A stretch of 64,000 nucleotides of DNA from Candidatus Bathyarchaeota archaeon. GTDB lineage: Archaea; Thermoproteota; Bathyarchaeia; 40CM-2-53-6. This document shows positions 30,780 to 40,089 of the stretch, piece after piece. The first letter of the stretch is position 1, and every line of letters begins with the position of its first letter. The stretch covers positions 768,001 to 832,000 of the forward strand of contig CAVTBR010000001.1 of assembly GCA_963733055.1 (NCBI GenBank), written 5' to 3'. The notes beneath the pieces are model-generated. The model was not told the origin of the DNA, searched no databases, and saw only the letters and a program-made list of their open reading frames with translations. The translations under genes were made by a program, and so were the position numbers.

Positions 30780-31710
30780 GTTCAGGCAACTAGTCCTATC
30801 AAACCACCTCTCAACGTTTGGATTAGTTATCGTAATCGTATCTGTGAGCTTGGCTGCGTCTTTCGTGATTTTTGGCGGGCGAATTACTCCTTACAGCCCA
30901 TATGCGTTGAATCTTCAGGAATCTAATTTGCCGCCGAGTTTTGCCCATTTCTTTGGGACAGACTTTCAGGGTAGAGATATCTTCTCCCGAGTCATCGCTG
31001 CCTTGCCCATCGACTTGGGTTTGCCAATCGCCATCGTTCTACTCTCCTCTATACTAGGAATTTTCCTCGGTATGGCCGCGGGCTACCTTGGAGGCGTTGT
31101 GGACGAGGTCATCATGCGCGTAACCGATCTCTTCTTGGCATTTCCGACGATCATAATGGTGTTAGCGGTCGCCGCGACATTAGGAGCGGGCTTAGTTAAC
31201 GCGATGCTGGCGTTCGTGTTCGTTTGGTGGCCACCCTACGTTAGGCTAGTGAGGGGAGGCGTGCTGGAGGTGGTTGCAGAAGATTACATCTCCATCTCGA
31301 AAGCCTTGAACTCATCGTTCGCCCACATCATTCTGAAGGGGATTCTACCAAACATATTGCCTTCCGTCTTAACGTACGCAACCCTCGATATCGGAACTGC
31401 TCTGCTCGAAGTATCCATACTGGGATTCTTGGGAATTGGAATCCCACCAAACACTCCTGAGCTTGGCATAATGGTCGGCTCCATCAGTTACGGTCTTTAC
31501 ACTTATCCGTGGCAGGCCCTTTTCCCAGCTTTCGTGACAATGCTTCTCGTTGTTGGCTTCAGCTTCCTAGGCGAAGGGGCAAGAGAGGCTTCCGACGTGA
31601 AAGTCAGACCCTACATTCTCTTCGAAGGAAGAGTATTCGGAAAAGCGCCCCAAATCCTCAAAGAGGAACTAGCAAAGCAAGGGACACCCCAACAGCATGC
31701 CTCAGGCTGA
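30754..31710 (+). CDS. Peptide ABC permease (DppC-like)
   Basis: FGTDFQGRDIFSR, DLFLAFP, ILPN, LGFLGIG. Confidence 0.92.
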   Translation: MVTTAQSFKFRQLVLSNHLSTFGLVIVIVSVSLAASFVIFGGRITPYSPYALNLQESNLPPSFAHFFGTDFQGRDIFSRVIAALPIDLGLPIAIVLLSSILGIFLGMAAGYLGGVVDEVIMRVTDLFLAFPTIIMVLAVAATLGAGLVNAMLAFVFVWWPPYVRLVRGGVLEVVAEDYISISKALNSSFAHIILKGILPNILPSVLTYATLDIGTALLEVSILGFLGIGIPPNTPELGIMVGSISYGLYTYPWQALFPAFVTMLLVVGFSFLGEGAREASDVKVRPYILFEGRVFGKAPQILKEELAKQGTPQQHASG

Positions 31711-31726
31711 TCCCAGCGTCTACGCG

Positions 31727-32695
31727 TTAACTGCTCTTATCGAGAAGGAAGCAAGAGGCCAAGTGTTCTGGACCCGAAGCGAACATCGGTGGAGAATTAC
31801 TGCATCTCTCGAAGACGTGTGGGCAAACCTTGCTGTACACGCATCCAGTCGGCGATGATCCACGCTCTCCCCCATCTTCTATCTGCCGAAGTTCAGCTCG
31901 CCTGACTCCTGGGACGTTCGACATCAGCCTCACCGTGAACGGATGTTTAGGATTGGTTACAACGTCGTAGGTCGGTCCCACTTCGAGGAGCTTCCCATAA
32001 TAGAGGATTCCAAGCGAGTCGCTCATGTACTTCATGACGTTGATGTCATGAGTTATGAAGAAGTAGGAGAGATGCAACTTTGACTTCAACTCCTTTAATG
32101 TGTTCAAGACTTGTGCCTGTACCGAGACGTCCAATGAACTCGTGGGTTCGTCGAGCACCAACATTTTTCTTGGTATGGCAATCGCTCTAGCAAGACTTAC
32201 TCTCTGTTTCTCACCACCACTGAGCTCCTTCGGATATGCATCCAGGCAGCTCTTTCTCAGACCTACCAAGTCGATGGTCTCTTCGATTCTGCTATCGTAA
32301 TCTCGTCGGTCGAAGGTTTTCGCGGCCACTAGGGCCTCCTTTATGATATCTTTCACGCGTAAACGCGGGTTTAGCGAGCCGACCGGATCTTGAAAGACAA
32401 TTCCGACATTTCGTCTGAGGTAGGTCACGTCCGCTTTCTTACGGAAGTTTATCTCCTTACCCAGTAACCTTACGGACCCTGCCCTAGGCTTGAACAGGCC
32501 AACGAGAACCCAGGCGATTATGGATTTGCCGGAACCGGTCTCACCGGCGAGACCAAAGGTTTCGCCCTCCCTTACATTGAAAGTGACATCGTTAACAACG
32601 TTCATCATTCCGGATCCTCTCTCGAACAACAGTAGGCTTCCTCCCCTGAGGATGAAGGAAACGGTGAGGTTGTTTACTTCGACAATGTTGTTCAT
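31727..32695 (-). CDS. Peptide ABC ATPase (DppF-like)
   Basis: GETGSGKS, LSGGEKQR, LDEPTSSLD, C-terminal Cys cluster. Confidence 0.92.
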   Translation of the reverse strand: MNNIVEVNNLTVSFILRGGSLLLFERGSGMMNVVNDVTFNVREGETFGLAGETGSGKSIIAWVLVGLFKPRAGSVRLLGKEINFRKKADVTYLRRNVGIVFQDPVGSLNPRLRVKDIIKEALVAAKTFDRRDYDSRIEETIDLVGLRKSCLDAYPKELSGGEKQRVSLARAIAIPRKMLVLDEPTSSLDVSVQAQVLNTLKELKSKLHLSYFFITHDINVMKYMSDSLGILYYGKLLEVGPTYDVVTNPKHPFTVRLMSNVPGVRRAELRQIEDGGERGSSPTGCVYSKVCPHVFERCSNSPPMFASGPEHLASCFLLDKSS

Positions 32696-33708
32696 TTTTT
32701 CTCTAGCAACCAGCATAAGACGCCGCGGCCATCGTCGGTTTCAAAAACGGGTGGTTCATTCTCTTTGCATTTCTCCATCACCAATGGGCATCGGGGATGG
32801 AATTTGCAGCCTGTGGGCAGTTTCCTGAGGTCGGGGGCTTCACCCGTGGGAGCGGGTAGCGGTGGAGAATCAACAAAGCCGTGAGGTATTGCAGCGAAGA
32901 GTTTCTGAGTGTAAGGATGCGCGGGTGCGTTCAATATTCGCTCCGTACTGCCCTCCTCCATAACCCTCCCCGCGTACATCACGTATAATCTATCACAAAT
33001 CTGTGAAGCGACCATCAAGTCGTGAGTGATGAACATCATAGCTGTTCCCGTTCGCCGATTCAAATCCTTCAGAATGTTCAATATCCTATTCTGAACATAC
33101 ACGTCCAGCCCAGTGGTCACCTCATCCAATATCAGAAGCTTCGGTTTCTCCACAATGGCCATGGCTATCGAGACCCGTTGCCTCATCCCGCCCGAAAGTT
33201 CGTGGGGATATTTCTTCAGGACCCACTCAGGTTTGTCGAGGCGCAAATCGTTGAGGATCTCCACCATCATTTTCCATTCTTCTTTCGCTGAGAGATTCAA
33301 TTTCTGAGCTCGTTGAAGAACTTCAATCGATTCCTTAAGTTGTGAATCGGTTCTGTAGACCGGATTCAGGGCTGCCAGGGATTCTTGGAACACCATTCCT
33401 ATCCCCGGCCCCCTAAATTGTGAGAGTTCGATATCGTTCAGTTTGAGCAAGTCTTTGTCTTCGAAAGTTACGGAACCGCCAATGATGTCCGCCGGGGGCG
33501 AGTCTAAAAGGCCGATTATCGACAACCCGAGCGTTGTCTTCCCTGACCCGCTTTCGCCCACAACGCCTAGAATCTCCCCCTTCTTCACACGCAAAGAGAC
33601 GTTCTGAAGTACGCGTACTCTTCGGTCGACAGTTGCATAGTCTAGAGTTAGATCGTTAACCTTCAGAAGATCAGGATCGGCAACGTCACCCGACTGCGTC
33701 AACCCCAT
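32692..33708 (-). CDS. Peptide ABC ATPase (DppD-like)
   Basis: GESGSGKT, YPHELSGGMRQR, GCKFHPRC. Confidence 0.92.
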   Translation of the reverse strand: MGLTQSGDVADPDLLKVNDLTLDYATVDRRVRVLQNVSLRVKKGEILGVVGESGSGKTTLGLSIIGLLDSPPADIIGGSVTFEDKDLLKLNDIELSQFRGPGIGMVFQESLAALNPVYRTDSQLKESIEVLQRAQKLNLSAKEEWKMMVEILNDLRLDKPEWVLKKYPHELSGGMRQRVSIAMAIVEKPKLLILDEVTTGLDVYVQNRILNILKDLNRRTGTAMMFITHDLMVASQICDRLYVMYAGRVMEEGSTERILNAPAHPYTQKLFAAIPHGFVDSPPLPAPTGEAPDLRKLPTGCKFHPRCPLVMEKCKENEPPVFETDDGRGVLCWLLEKK

Positions 33709-34350
33709 AGAGGATTGAGGGCTGATACTAATATGACATCCGCAAAATCAGGAAACTTCGCTAGACTCCAGAATCATCGACCGCAAGAAGGTCCTTTTGG
33801 GTTCAACATTCTTAGGGGCAGTTGTTTCGAGTAGTCAATTGCCGATCATCTTGATTTGTGCGAGCGGGAACGCACTGTGGTACAGTCCAGCCGCTATGTG
33901 AAAGCTCCAAGGATTTGGGTTAAGTCGCGTCTTACTGGTGGACCTCGCAGACCCTGGCGCTCAGTATTCTGGCGCGCACGCTTGGCGGGACCGAGGGGCT
34001 AGTTTTCTGGGGCTCATAGGTTGTGCGTGATTTTTTTTCGGCAACGTTTCATGCCGGAATATGTACCTATTCGCGCGCGGTCATGGTCATATCCCGCTGC
34101 GACTCGACGTGTCTGCCTTGTTTTCGGTGTGATCTGGCGGGGTTTCATGGCAATTGAGTTAAAGTATGTGTTTAATGGTTCAAGAAGTGGTTGATTTTGG
34201 TTTGTCGCTGTTTTCCTGCCCGGTTTTGACTCGAAAATCGCAGTTTTTCGTCAAGAAAACCCAGAAAACGAACAAGAATGCCGTAGTCTTGACTTATATG
34301 GTGGAATAAGGTAGAGAATGGTAGAGGAAGTATTTGGAGGAAGATTGGTC

Positions 34351-35592
34351 ATGCGAGTTCTAATAGTTGGTGCAGGCGCGATCGGATCCGTCATCGGTAA
34401 AATCCTACAAGCGCGTCCTGAATTCGAAGAAATCATCCTCGCCGACCTGAAGCAGGAAACCGCACAACGCATGATTGGAAATCTGAATGGTCCTGCCAAG
34501 CTGACCGCTATCGCCATGAATGCTAACAACATTGCCGACATGAAGAAAGTCATGAAGGACGTTCACGCCGATCTAGTAATCAACGCCACACTCCCACGCT
34601 TCTTCCTCAAAATCATGAGAGCAACCCTGGAGAGCGGCGCGAACTACATGGACATGGCAACCGACATAGGCGTAGCAAACTCAAGAGCCGGCCACAGAGT
34701 CCACAAAGTACCCATCGATTACCAGCTGGAACAGGACGCCGCCTGGAAGAACGCTGGGTTAGCCGCGATGGTCTGCTGGGGCGCTGACCCAGGAGCGGTA
34801 AACGTATTCGCGCGTTACGCCGCTGATCAACTGGATTCGGTAGACCGCATCCTAATCAGGGACGGAGACAACGCCAGCACCGGAGGCTTCGACGGACTAG
34901 TCTCCCTATGGTCTCCCGACACGTTCATAGAAGAAGTCGCCTACGCCGACGCCCTCGTCTGGACCAACGGCCACTACGAGAGGGTACCTTCGCTCTCAAG
35001 AAGCGAGGTATGGGACTTCCCGCAGCCAATTGGAAAGTTACGAGTTTGGGCGGTTGATCACGAGGAACCGCAAACATTAGGCCGGTACATCAAATGCAAC
35101 GAATGCAACTTCATGATATCCCTCAGCACCGAAACAGTCGAGACGATGAGAGTACTCAAGAAACTAGGCCTCGTCAACCCAGCCCCAATCAATGTTAAAG
35201 GGATCGAAGTCGCACCCCGCGACGTTGTAACCGCCTGTATGCCATCACCAAACGATCATCGACTTCAAAGCGGAACCAACGGCTACACATGCATAGGCAG
35301 CATGGTCATCGGCGAAAAAGCTGGAAAACGATACGGCCACTACATATACAACATGATGAGCCACGCCGAAGCCTACGCGAAATACGGCGTTACCGCAACA
35401 GCTTTGCAGACCGCCCTCCCGCCAGCCACCGCAGCAACCCTACTGGCCCGCGGGGAGATTAAGGAAAAAGGAGTATTCCCACCAGAAGCATTAGCCCCCA
35501 GCCCAATCATGAACGCCTTCACCGAACTCGGATTTCAATGGAAAGAAATTAGGAGAGAAGAAAAACCCCTTCTCCTTCCACTACTCGCCTAA
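34351..35592 (+). CDS. Saccharopine dehydrogenase family (carboxynorspermidine dehydrogenase-like)
   Basis: Rossmann GAGAIG, NYMDMA, GADPG, WSPDT, HEE, GVFPPE. Confidence 0.85.
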   Translation: MRVLIVGAGAIGSVIGKILQARPEFEEIILADLKQETAQRMIGNLNGPAKLTAIAMNANNIADMKKVMKDVHADLVINATLPRFFLKIMRATLESGANYMDMATDIGVANSRAGHRVHKVPIDYQLEQDAAWKNAGLAAMVCWGADPGAVNVFARYAADQLDSVDRILIRDGDNASTGGFDGLVSLWSPDTFIEEVAYADALVWTNGHYERVPSLSRSEVWDFPQPIGKLRVWAVDHEEPQTLGRYIKCNECNFMISLSTETVETMRVLKKLGLVNPAPINVKGIEVAPRDVVTACMPSPNDHRLQSGTNGYTCIGSMVIGEKAGKRYGHYIYNMMSHAEAYAKYGVTATALQTALPPATAATLLARGEIKEKGVFPPEALAPSPIMNAFTELGFQWKEIRREEKPLLLPLLA

Positions 35593-35666
35593 GATAAGAG
35601 ACCGGGAAAGACCGTTAACGCTAACCCGCACGTTTCTTCATCGCGACCTCTAAGACGCAATGCGGG

Positions 35667-36053
35667 ATGGGATACTCATTGAGAGGCGAAGTTTGGACCG
35701 TAGAGAGACATCTTCGCGAAAAGCCCGAGTCCGTCGTTCGGTTGTATCATATTTTCGCGGCGCTTGTTGAATCCTGCGGACCAGTCAAGTATTCTGTTTC
35801 GAAAACAGCAATCACCTTCAAGGGCGCGCGGAGAGGATTCGCAGGTGCCAAGCCGAGGATGCACTCCTTGGACGGCTACCTTGACCTACAAGATCGAATA
35901 GAGGACCCTCGGATTCTCCGCTCATCACCCTATACCAAGAAGCTGTACGTCCATCAGTTCAGAGTCACGAATGTCGACCAGCTCGACGAGGAATTCACTT
36001 CGTGGGTCAGGAAGGCATACGAAGTGGGTGAAGGCAAACACTTGAACACCTAA
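35667..36053 (+). CDS. DUF5655-like protein
   Basis: SKTAITFK...RGFAG...HQFRV...QLDEEFTSWVRKAY. Confidence 0.65.
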   Translation: MGYSLRGEVWTVERHLREKPESVVRLYHIFAALVESCGPVKYSVSKTAITFKGARRGFAGAKPRMHSLDGYLDLQDRIEDPRILRSSPYTKKLYVHQFRVTNVDQLDEEFTSWVRKAYEVGEGKHLNT

Positions 36054-36059
36054 GGAGTA

Positions 36060-36079
36060 TGCGGGGTTGGGATTCGAAC
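36060..36079 (-). repeat. tRNA 3'-end fragment (Leu-like), att-like scar
   Basis: Minus strand GTTCGAATCCCAACCCCGCA; no 5' half found. Confidence 0.6.
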
Positions 36080-36313
36080 GCGAAAAAGGACATTAGCGCT
36101 ATTTCATGCCCCTGTTTATCGGAGTTCGAAGAGCTACACAGACCCGTTTCGTGCGCGACTAACTCAACCGTAGTCTGAATTTGTGAAATGAACTCTATCC
36201 AGAGTTTTTCACCCCTCGAAAGGGGAGAGAAAAGGTCGGTTTATGGCTGATTATTGTTATTTTCAGTCATCTCTCATGCCTATATGGACGTGTATGTGTA
36301 AACATCTTGGTTA

Positions 36314-36478
36314 ATGATGGATAAGGTCGAAGGTGACGTCTGCCCAAGATGCGGGCAAAAGGCGTTGGACGTTTACTACGAGGAGGGTTCCGACCTTCAG
36401 CTGGGAGCCCATTGCGAGGAATGTGGGCTCAAAGGCTTCTTCACGAACGGTAAACTCGTACAGCTCGCCACAATGTAA
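36314..36478 (+). CDS. CPxCG-type zinc-ribbon microprotein (54 aa)
   Basis: MMDKVEGDVCPRCGQK...HCEECGLKGFF. Confidence 0.7.
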   Translation: MMDKVEGDVCPRCGQKALDVYYEEGSDLQLGAHCEECGLKGFFTNGKLVQLATM

Positions 36479-36595
36479 TACACCCAATTCCTCACTGAAA
36501 CCTCTCCTTCGGAGAGGATTTTTTCGATGAACGAATAGTCCACAACGCTGAAAAGTACCCGAAATCTGGTAAAGCTCAGTCGGATCTGAGCGCTA

Positions 36596-37219
36596 TTGGT
36601 TGGTCCTTCCTGGTTCTTTGGTTTCGACTCCTTGATGGAGTTCATTGCGTTCGTGATTGCGATCGCTGTCGCATACCAGGCCTTGAAGGGCTACAAGCTA
36701 TCGAAGGAGAAGACTCTTCTCTACCTTAATCTGAGCTTCGTTCTAATCGGGGCTGGGTTGCTGATCGACGGGCTCTCCAGCTTAATGGTTCTTCTCGCTC
36801 GTCTTCGCGGAGGGTCTCTGTATCTTTTTGGTGTCGGCTACTCGATCAACTTCCTCGCACAACTCCTTGCATACGGACTACTAGTGTACGCGTATATTCA
36901 CCAGGCTAGGAACGTAGCCGCTTCGACAGCTGCGATGGCAGCTGTCCCGATACTGTTCTTCGAACGCAACGCCGTAACGGAACTTATCCTAGTCTTTCTC
37001 CTCGTCTACATCGCAATTCAAACCGCGATTAACTATAGCATAAACAAGAACACGAACTCAATGCTGGTCTTCGGCGCATTTGCCTCACTCTCAGTAGCCC
37101 ACGTATTCTTTCTAATTTTCACCGTAGCCCCTATCTTCTTCCCGTTCGCTCAGATCGCGCAATTGTTTGGTTTCCTTCTATTGTTGGCCATGTTGCTTAG
37201 GGTGAATCAACCCGTATGA
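36596..37219 (+). CDS. Multi-pass (~7 TM) membrane protein
   Basis: 207 aa, almost entirely hydrophobic helices; its stop overlaps the next ATG. Confidence 0.8.
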   Translation: MVGPSWFFGFDSLMEFIAFVIAIAVAYQALKGYKLSKEKTLLYLNLSFVLIGAGLLIDGLSSLMVLLARLRGGSLYLFGVGYSINFLAQLLAYGLLVYAYIHQARNVAASTAAMAAVPILFFERNAVTELILVFLLVYIAIQTAINYSINKNTNSMLVFGAFASLSVAHVFFLIFTVAPIFFPFAQIAQLFGFLLLLAMLLRVNQPV

Positions 37220-37528
37220 TCCCGGACTGCGCAGAGCCAGGCCGCAAAGCCCACTGCAAAGTATCGATCCCAGTTCCGTATATACGTGGACATCATGTTA
37301 GTAATTCAACGCGAGAACAATCAAGCCAAACCCACCCGAATCCTTTACGGGGCAAATCTTTCACATGACAGGCTGATCAAATATCTTGAAGAGCTCAAGG
37401 CGCTCGGTGTCATTCAGGAGACGGGAACCGACGATAAAATCTACAGCCTAACACAGAAAGGAATTGAATTCATGAACAACTTCAGAAGAGTCGAGTCTTT
37501 CGCTTCAGCGTTCGGGTTCAAGATCTAG
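37216..37528 (+). CDS. Winged-helix transcriptional regulator; probable 1-bp error near 37221
   Basis: YRSQFRIYVDIM...PTRILYGANLSHDRLIKYLEEL...YSLTQKG; ATG 37216 is in frame if one C of CCC is removed. Confidence 0.8.
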
Positions 37529-38817
37529 ACAGTGCGTTTCGTCAAGTAAATGTATCCCGCCGCTACAACGACTACTACGAGACTCGGGACAATCGCGAGA
37601 CCGATGAATGGAAGAACGATTAGCGAAATGGCCAAGGACGCTAATGGAAGGAAGAAGTTCATTCCACCCCGCTTCGGTCGACCAAGCAACTTCACTCCCG
37701 CAGCAGACCCCACCACGTAAAGAAGAATGAACGACCCGCTCGGGACCAAGATTGCCGTCGCCAAATCCATGTGCGAAAAATAGTATACGACAAGTACCAT
37801 AACAAATGTGCCGACTAGTGCAATCAGAATCCTGTCCGGGACTCCAGTCTTGGGATTAATGTGAGCTAACTCTCGCGGGAGTCCACCATCCCTTGCCACC
37901 GCAAACAACAGCCTTGACACGCCGGTCGTGTAAGCATTCACGGTCCCGAAAATTATGAAGACCGCAGCTAACGCCGTTCCCTCCCCAGCATACCTGCCCA
38001 GCACGTTTGACAAAATCGCAGCGAACGGCGCCACGCTCCCACCCGCCTCATAAGCGCGAGTTCCAATCGTGACAAAGGCGACGGCTATCTGGAGAAAACT
38101 GACCAACAATACGCTTAGTACAATGCTGCGATGAAAATCCTTCTTCGGATTCTCAAACTCCTCAGCCACGTTCGAAGTGTTCTCATACCCTATGTACGAC
38201 CAGAAAATCAACGCCGCGGCCGTTCCCACCGCCAGAGGACCAGCAGAAAAAAATGGTTCAAAGTTTTGCGCCTTGACTAAGAAGGCAGACGACGCGATTG
38301 TCGCGACGAGTAACGCAACTATGGAGACTACAATTGCTAATTGAATCCTAGTGCTGATCACAATTCCCCTGTAATTTATCGCGAAAGCTGAAGCAACAAT
38401 TCCGAACGCTATCAGGTAAGTCTCAGCACGGCTGAGGGGGAACGCGTAGCCGATGTAGGACGCCGCGATGAGGGTGACGGCAGGGGCGCCTGTAATTACG
38501 CAGAAAGCAAACAGCCACCCAACCACCGCGCCCACTCGAAATCCGAAACCTTCCCTTGTGAATGCATAGATTCCTCCAGACTCAGGACGGCGCGCCGATA
38601 GGGACGCAAAGGTGTAGGCGAAGGGATAACTGGCAACTGAGAGAAGCACCCAGGCCAGCAGGGAGGCAGGGCCCGCGATTTTTGCCGTGAGCCCCGGGAG
38701 AACTAGTATGCCGGACCCTAGGACAGAAGTTGCGTACAGCGCCACAGCGTGCCTTAATCGAATCGCCTTTCGTAGGTGGGCGTTCTGACTTGCATTCTGT
38801 GGTGTGCTCTCAGTCAA
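37525..38817 (-). CDS. APC-family amino acid permease
   Basis: LGSGILVLPG, PESGGIY, WSYIGYE, AEEFENP, ARDGGLP. Confidence 0.9.
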   Translation of the reverse strand: MTESTPQNASQNAHLRKAIRLRHAVALYATSVLGSGILVLPGLTAKIAGPASLLAWVLLSVASYPFAYTFASLSARRPESGGIYAFTREGFGFRVGAVVGWLFAFCVITGAPAVTLIAASYIGYAFPLSRAETYLIAFGIVASAFAINYRGIVISTRIQLAIVVSIVALLVATIASSAFLVKAQNFEPFFSAGPLAVGTAAALIFWSYIGYENTSNVAEEFENPKKDFHRSIVLSVLLVSFLQIAVAFVTIGTRAYEAGGSVAPFAAILSNVLGRYAGEGTALAAVFIIFGTVNAYTTGVSRLLFAVARDGGLPRELAHINPKTGVPDRILIALVGTFVMVLVVYYFSHMDLATAILVPSGSFILLYVVGSAAGVKLLGRPKRGGMNFFLPLASLAISLIVLPFIGLAIVPSLVVVVVAAGYIYLTKRTV

Positions 38818-38943
38818 TCGCTGACAAACCCCAGACTTTCCGATTAGCCAAGTAGCCCTCCCTTATTACGTCGAAGGCGTGGCACCATGGGTCTTCATCG
38901 ACACAGCCCTGCCATTTTCGTAGCGACAGGACCACGCTTTGCT

Positions 38944-38969
38944 GAATGTATCACCCGGGTGATACATTC
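38944..38969. repeat. Perfect 26-bp palindrome
   Basis: GAATGTATCACCCGGGTGATACATTC. Confidence 0.9.
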
Positions 38970-38986
38970 GCTCGTCAGCGCACGAA

Positions 38987-39026
38987 AGGGTGGGCCACAC
39001 CCCCTCCAAAAGGGTGAGCCACACCC
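38987..39026. repeat. Direct repeat copy 1 (tandem GGGTGRGCCACACCC hairpin units)
   Basis: AGGGTGGGCCACACCCCCTCCAAAAGGGTGAGCCACACCC. Confidence 0.85.
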
Positions 39027-39089
39027 ATTTCGGAAGGATTAGCGACGACGCTGTGGGCAAGTAGCGGAGCTGCCCAACCTGTTAAGTTG

Positions 39090-39126
39090 AAAGCGGCACC
39101 GCCTCTCCGGAAAAAGGTGCCGTTTT
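39090..39126 (+). terminator. GC-rich stem-loop ending in a T tract
   Basis: AAAGCGGCACC-N15-GGTGCCGTTTT. Confidence 0.35.
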
Positions 39127-39151
39127 GCGCTCCTTTCAAGCTCAGAACGCA

Positions 39152-39173
39152 TGAGAGGGTGGAATTTGAACCC
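39152..39173 (-). repeat. Degenerate tRNA 3'-end fragment (Leu-like)
   Basis: Minus strand GGGTTCAAATTCCACCCTCTCA. Confidence 0.5.
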
Positions 39174-39208
39174 TAATGATACACCCAGTTTTCGGATGCC
39201 ATTTACCT

Positions 39209-39469
39209 CTATGGACCGTAGACTCGGCTTCGGTGGTCTATCTTTTCAACGAGCACTAGCCTGTCGCTGGTGAAAACTTCATACAGTATCCTATAATCGC
39301 CGACCCTTACTCTACAGACGCCCTCTCTGCCCTGAAGTTTCACTAGGCCTCTTGGAAAGGGGTCTTCGCCGAGTTCCTCTAACTTTGAGATGATTCTTCT
39401 CTTCATCGCGGATCCAAGTGAGTCTAGCTCACGGTCTGCCCTCTTTGAGAGCCTAACTTCATAAATCAA
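39209..39469 (-). CDS. relE: RelE/ParE-family toxin
   Basis: YEVRLSKRA...DPFPRGLVKLQG...RVRVGDYRILY...IDHRSRVY. Confidence 0.9.
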   Translation of the reverse strand: MIYEVRLSKRADRELDSLGSAMKRRIISKLEELGEDPFPRGLVKLQGREGVCRVRVGDYRILYEVFTSDRLVLVEKIDHRSRVYGP

Positions 39470-39654
39470 CGGGAGTTTTTAGCTCGAGCGAGGGGTACGG
39501 TCTTTCCTTCCTTCAGGTCTTGGTGTGCTTCCTCGAGTGCTAGAAGGTCGTCTCTGGAGGCGATTGCGTCGTACGCCTTTTCGAGAGCGCTGATTCGCCT
39601 CTTCATTTCGTGCATCTCCTCCTTCAATTCCCCATAGCTTGCTTTCATAGTCAA
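39466..39654 (-). CDS. Putative antitoxin
   Basis: 62 aa, overlaps the toxin start, C-terminal LEEAHQDLKEGKTVPL. Confidence 0.75.
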   Translation of the reverse strand: MTMKASYGELKEEMHEMKRRISALEKAYDAIASRDDLLALEEAHQDLKEGKTVPLARAKNSR

Positions 39655-39954
39655 GGCATTCGTTCCTTGTCTCCTTTAACTCCTCCTTCGAATCTCCTGC
39701 ACAAAGAAGGTCGAAAATCCCGAAAGTCGCCGAGCTCCTTGGCCTCAAATGCTTCGGTAATGCCAACTCGCACGTAGTCTCAGCCTGCTGATCTAGCCTA
39801 GATCGAATATTTTGACAAGTCGTGTTGCTCGCCTTGTTTCTGCATCCATACTCCGAAGTTCATGATTTTCCCAAGGAATGAGGATTCGACTTCTTAGGAC
39901 CAAAACCAGTAGGGTTGAACTGAAAGCGCCGGGGTGGACCCCACCTCCCGTCGC

Positions 39955-39995
39955 AGGGTGGGCCACACCCCCTTTCAAAGGATGAGCCACATCCC
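39955..39995. repeat. Direct repeat copy 2
   Basis: AGGGTGGGCCACACCCCCTTTCAAAGGATGAGCCACATCCC; a degenerate unit GGGGTGGACCCCACC at 39931. Confidence 0.85.
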
Positions 39996-40089
39996 CAACG
40001 GCTGAAAGCAAACCGTGGTACTCAGAGTTACCTAAGCAAAAGGTACAATTCGGAGCACTGACGATTTGAGCTGGTCAGGTCCAGCGCGC

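Noticed and set aside
38987-39995. CRISPR array
   Set aside because: Only a few short units at 24-bp spacing, no unique spacers of CRISPR length, no cas genes.
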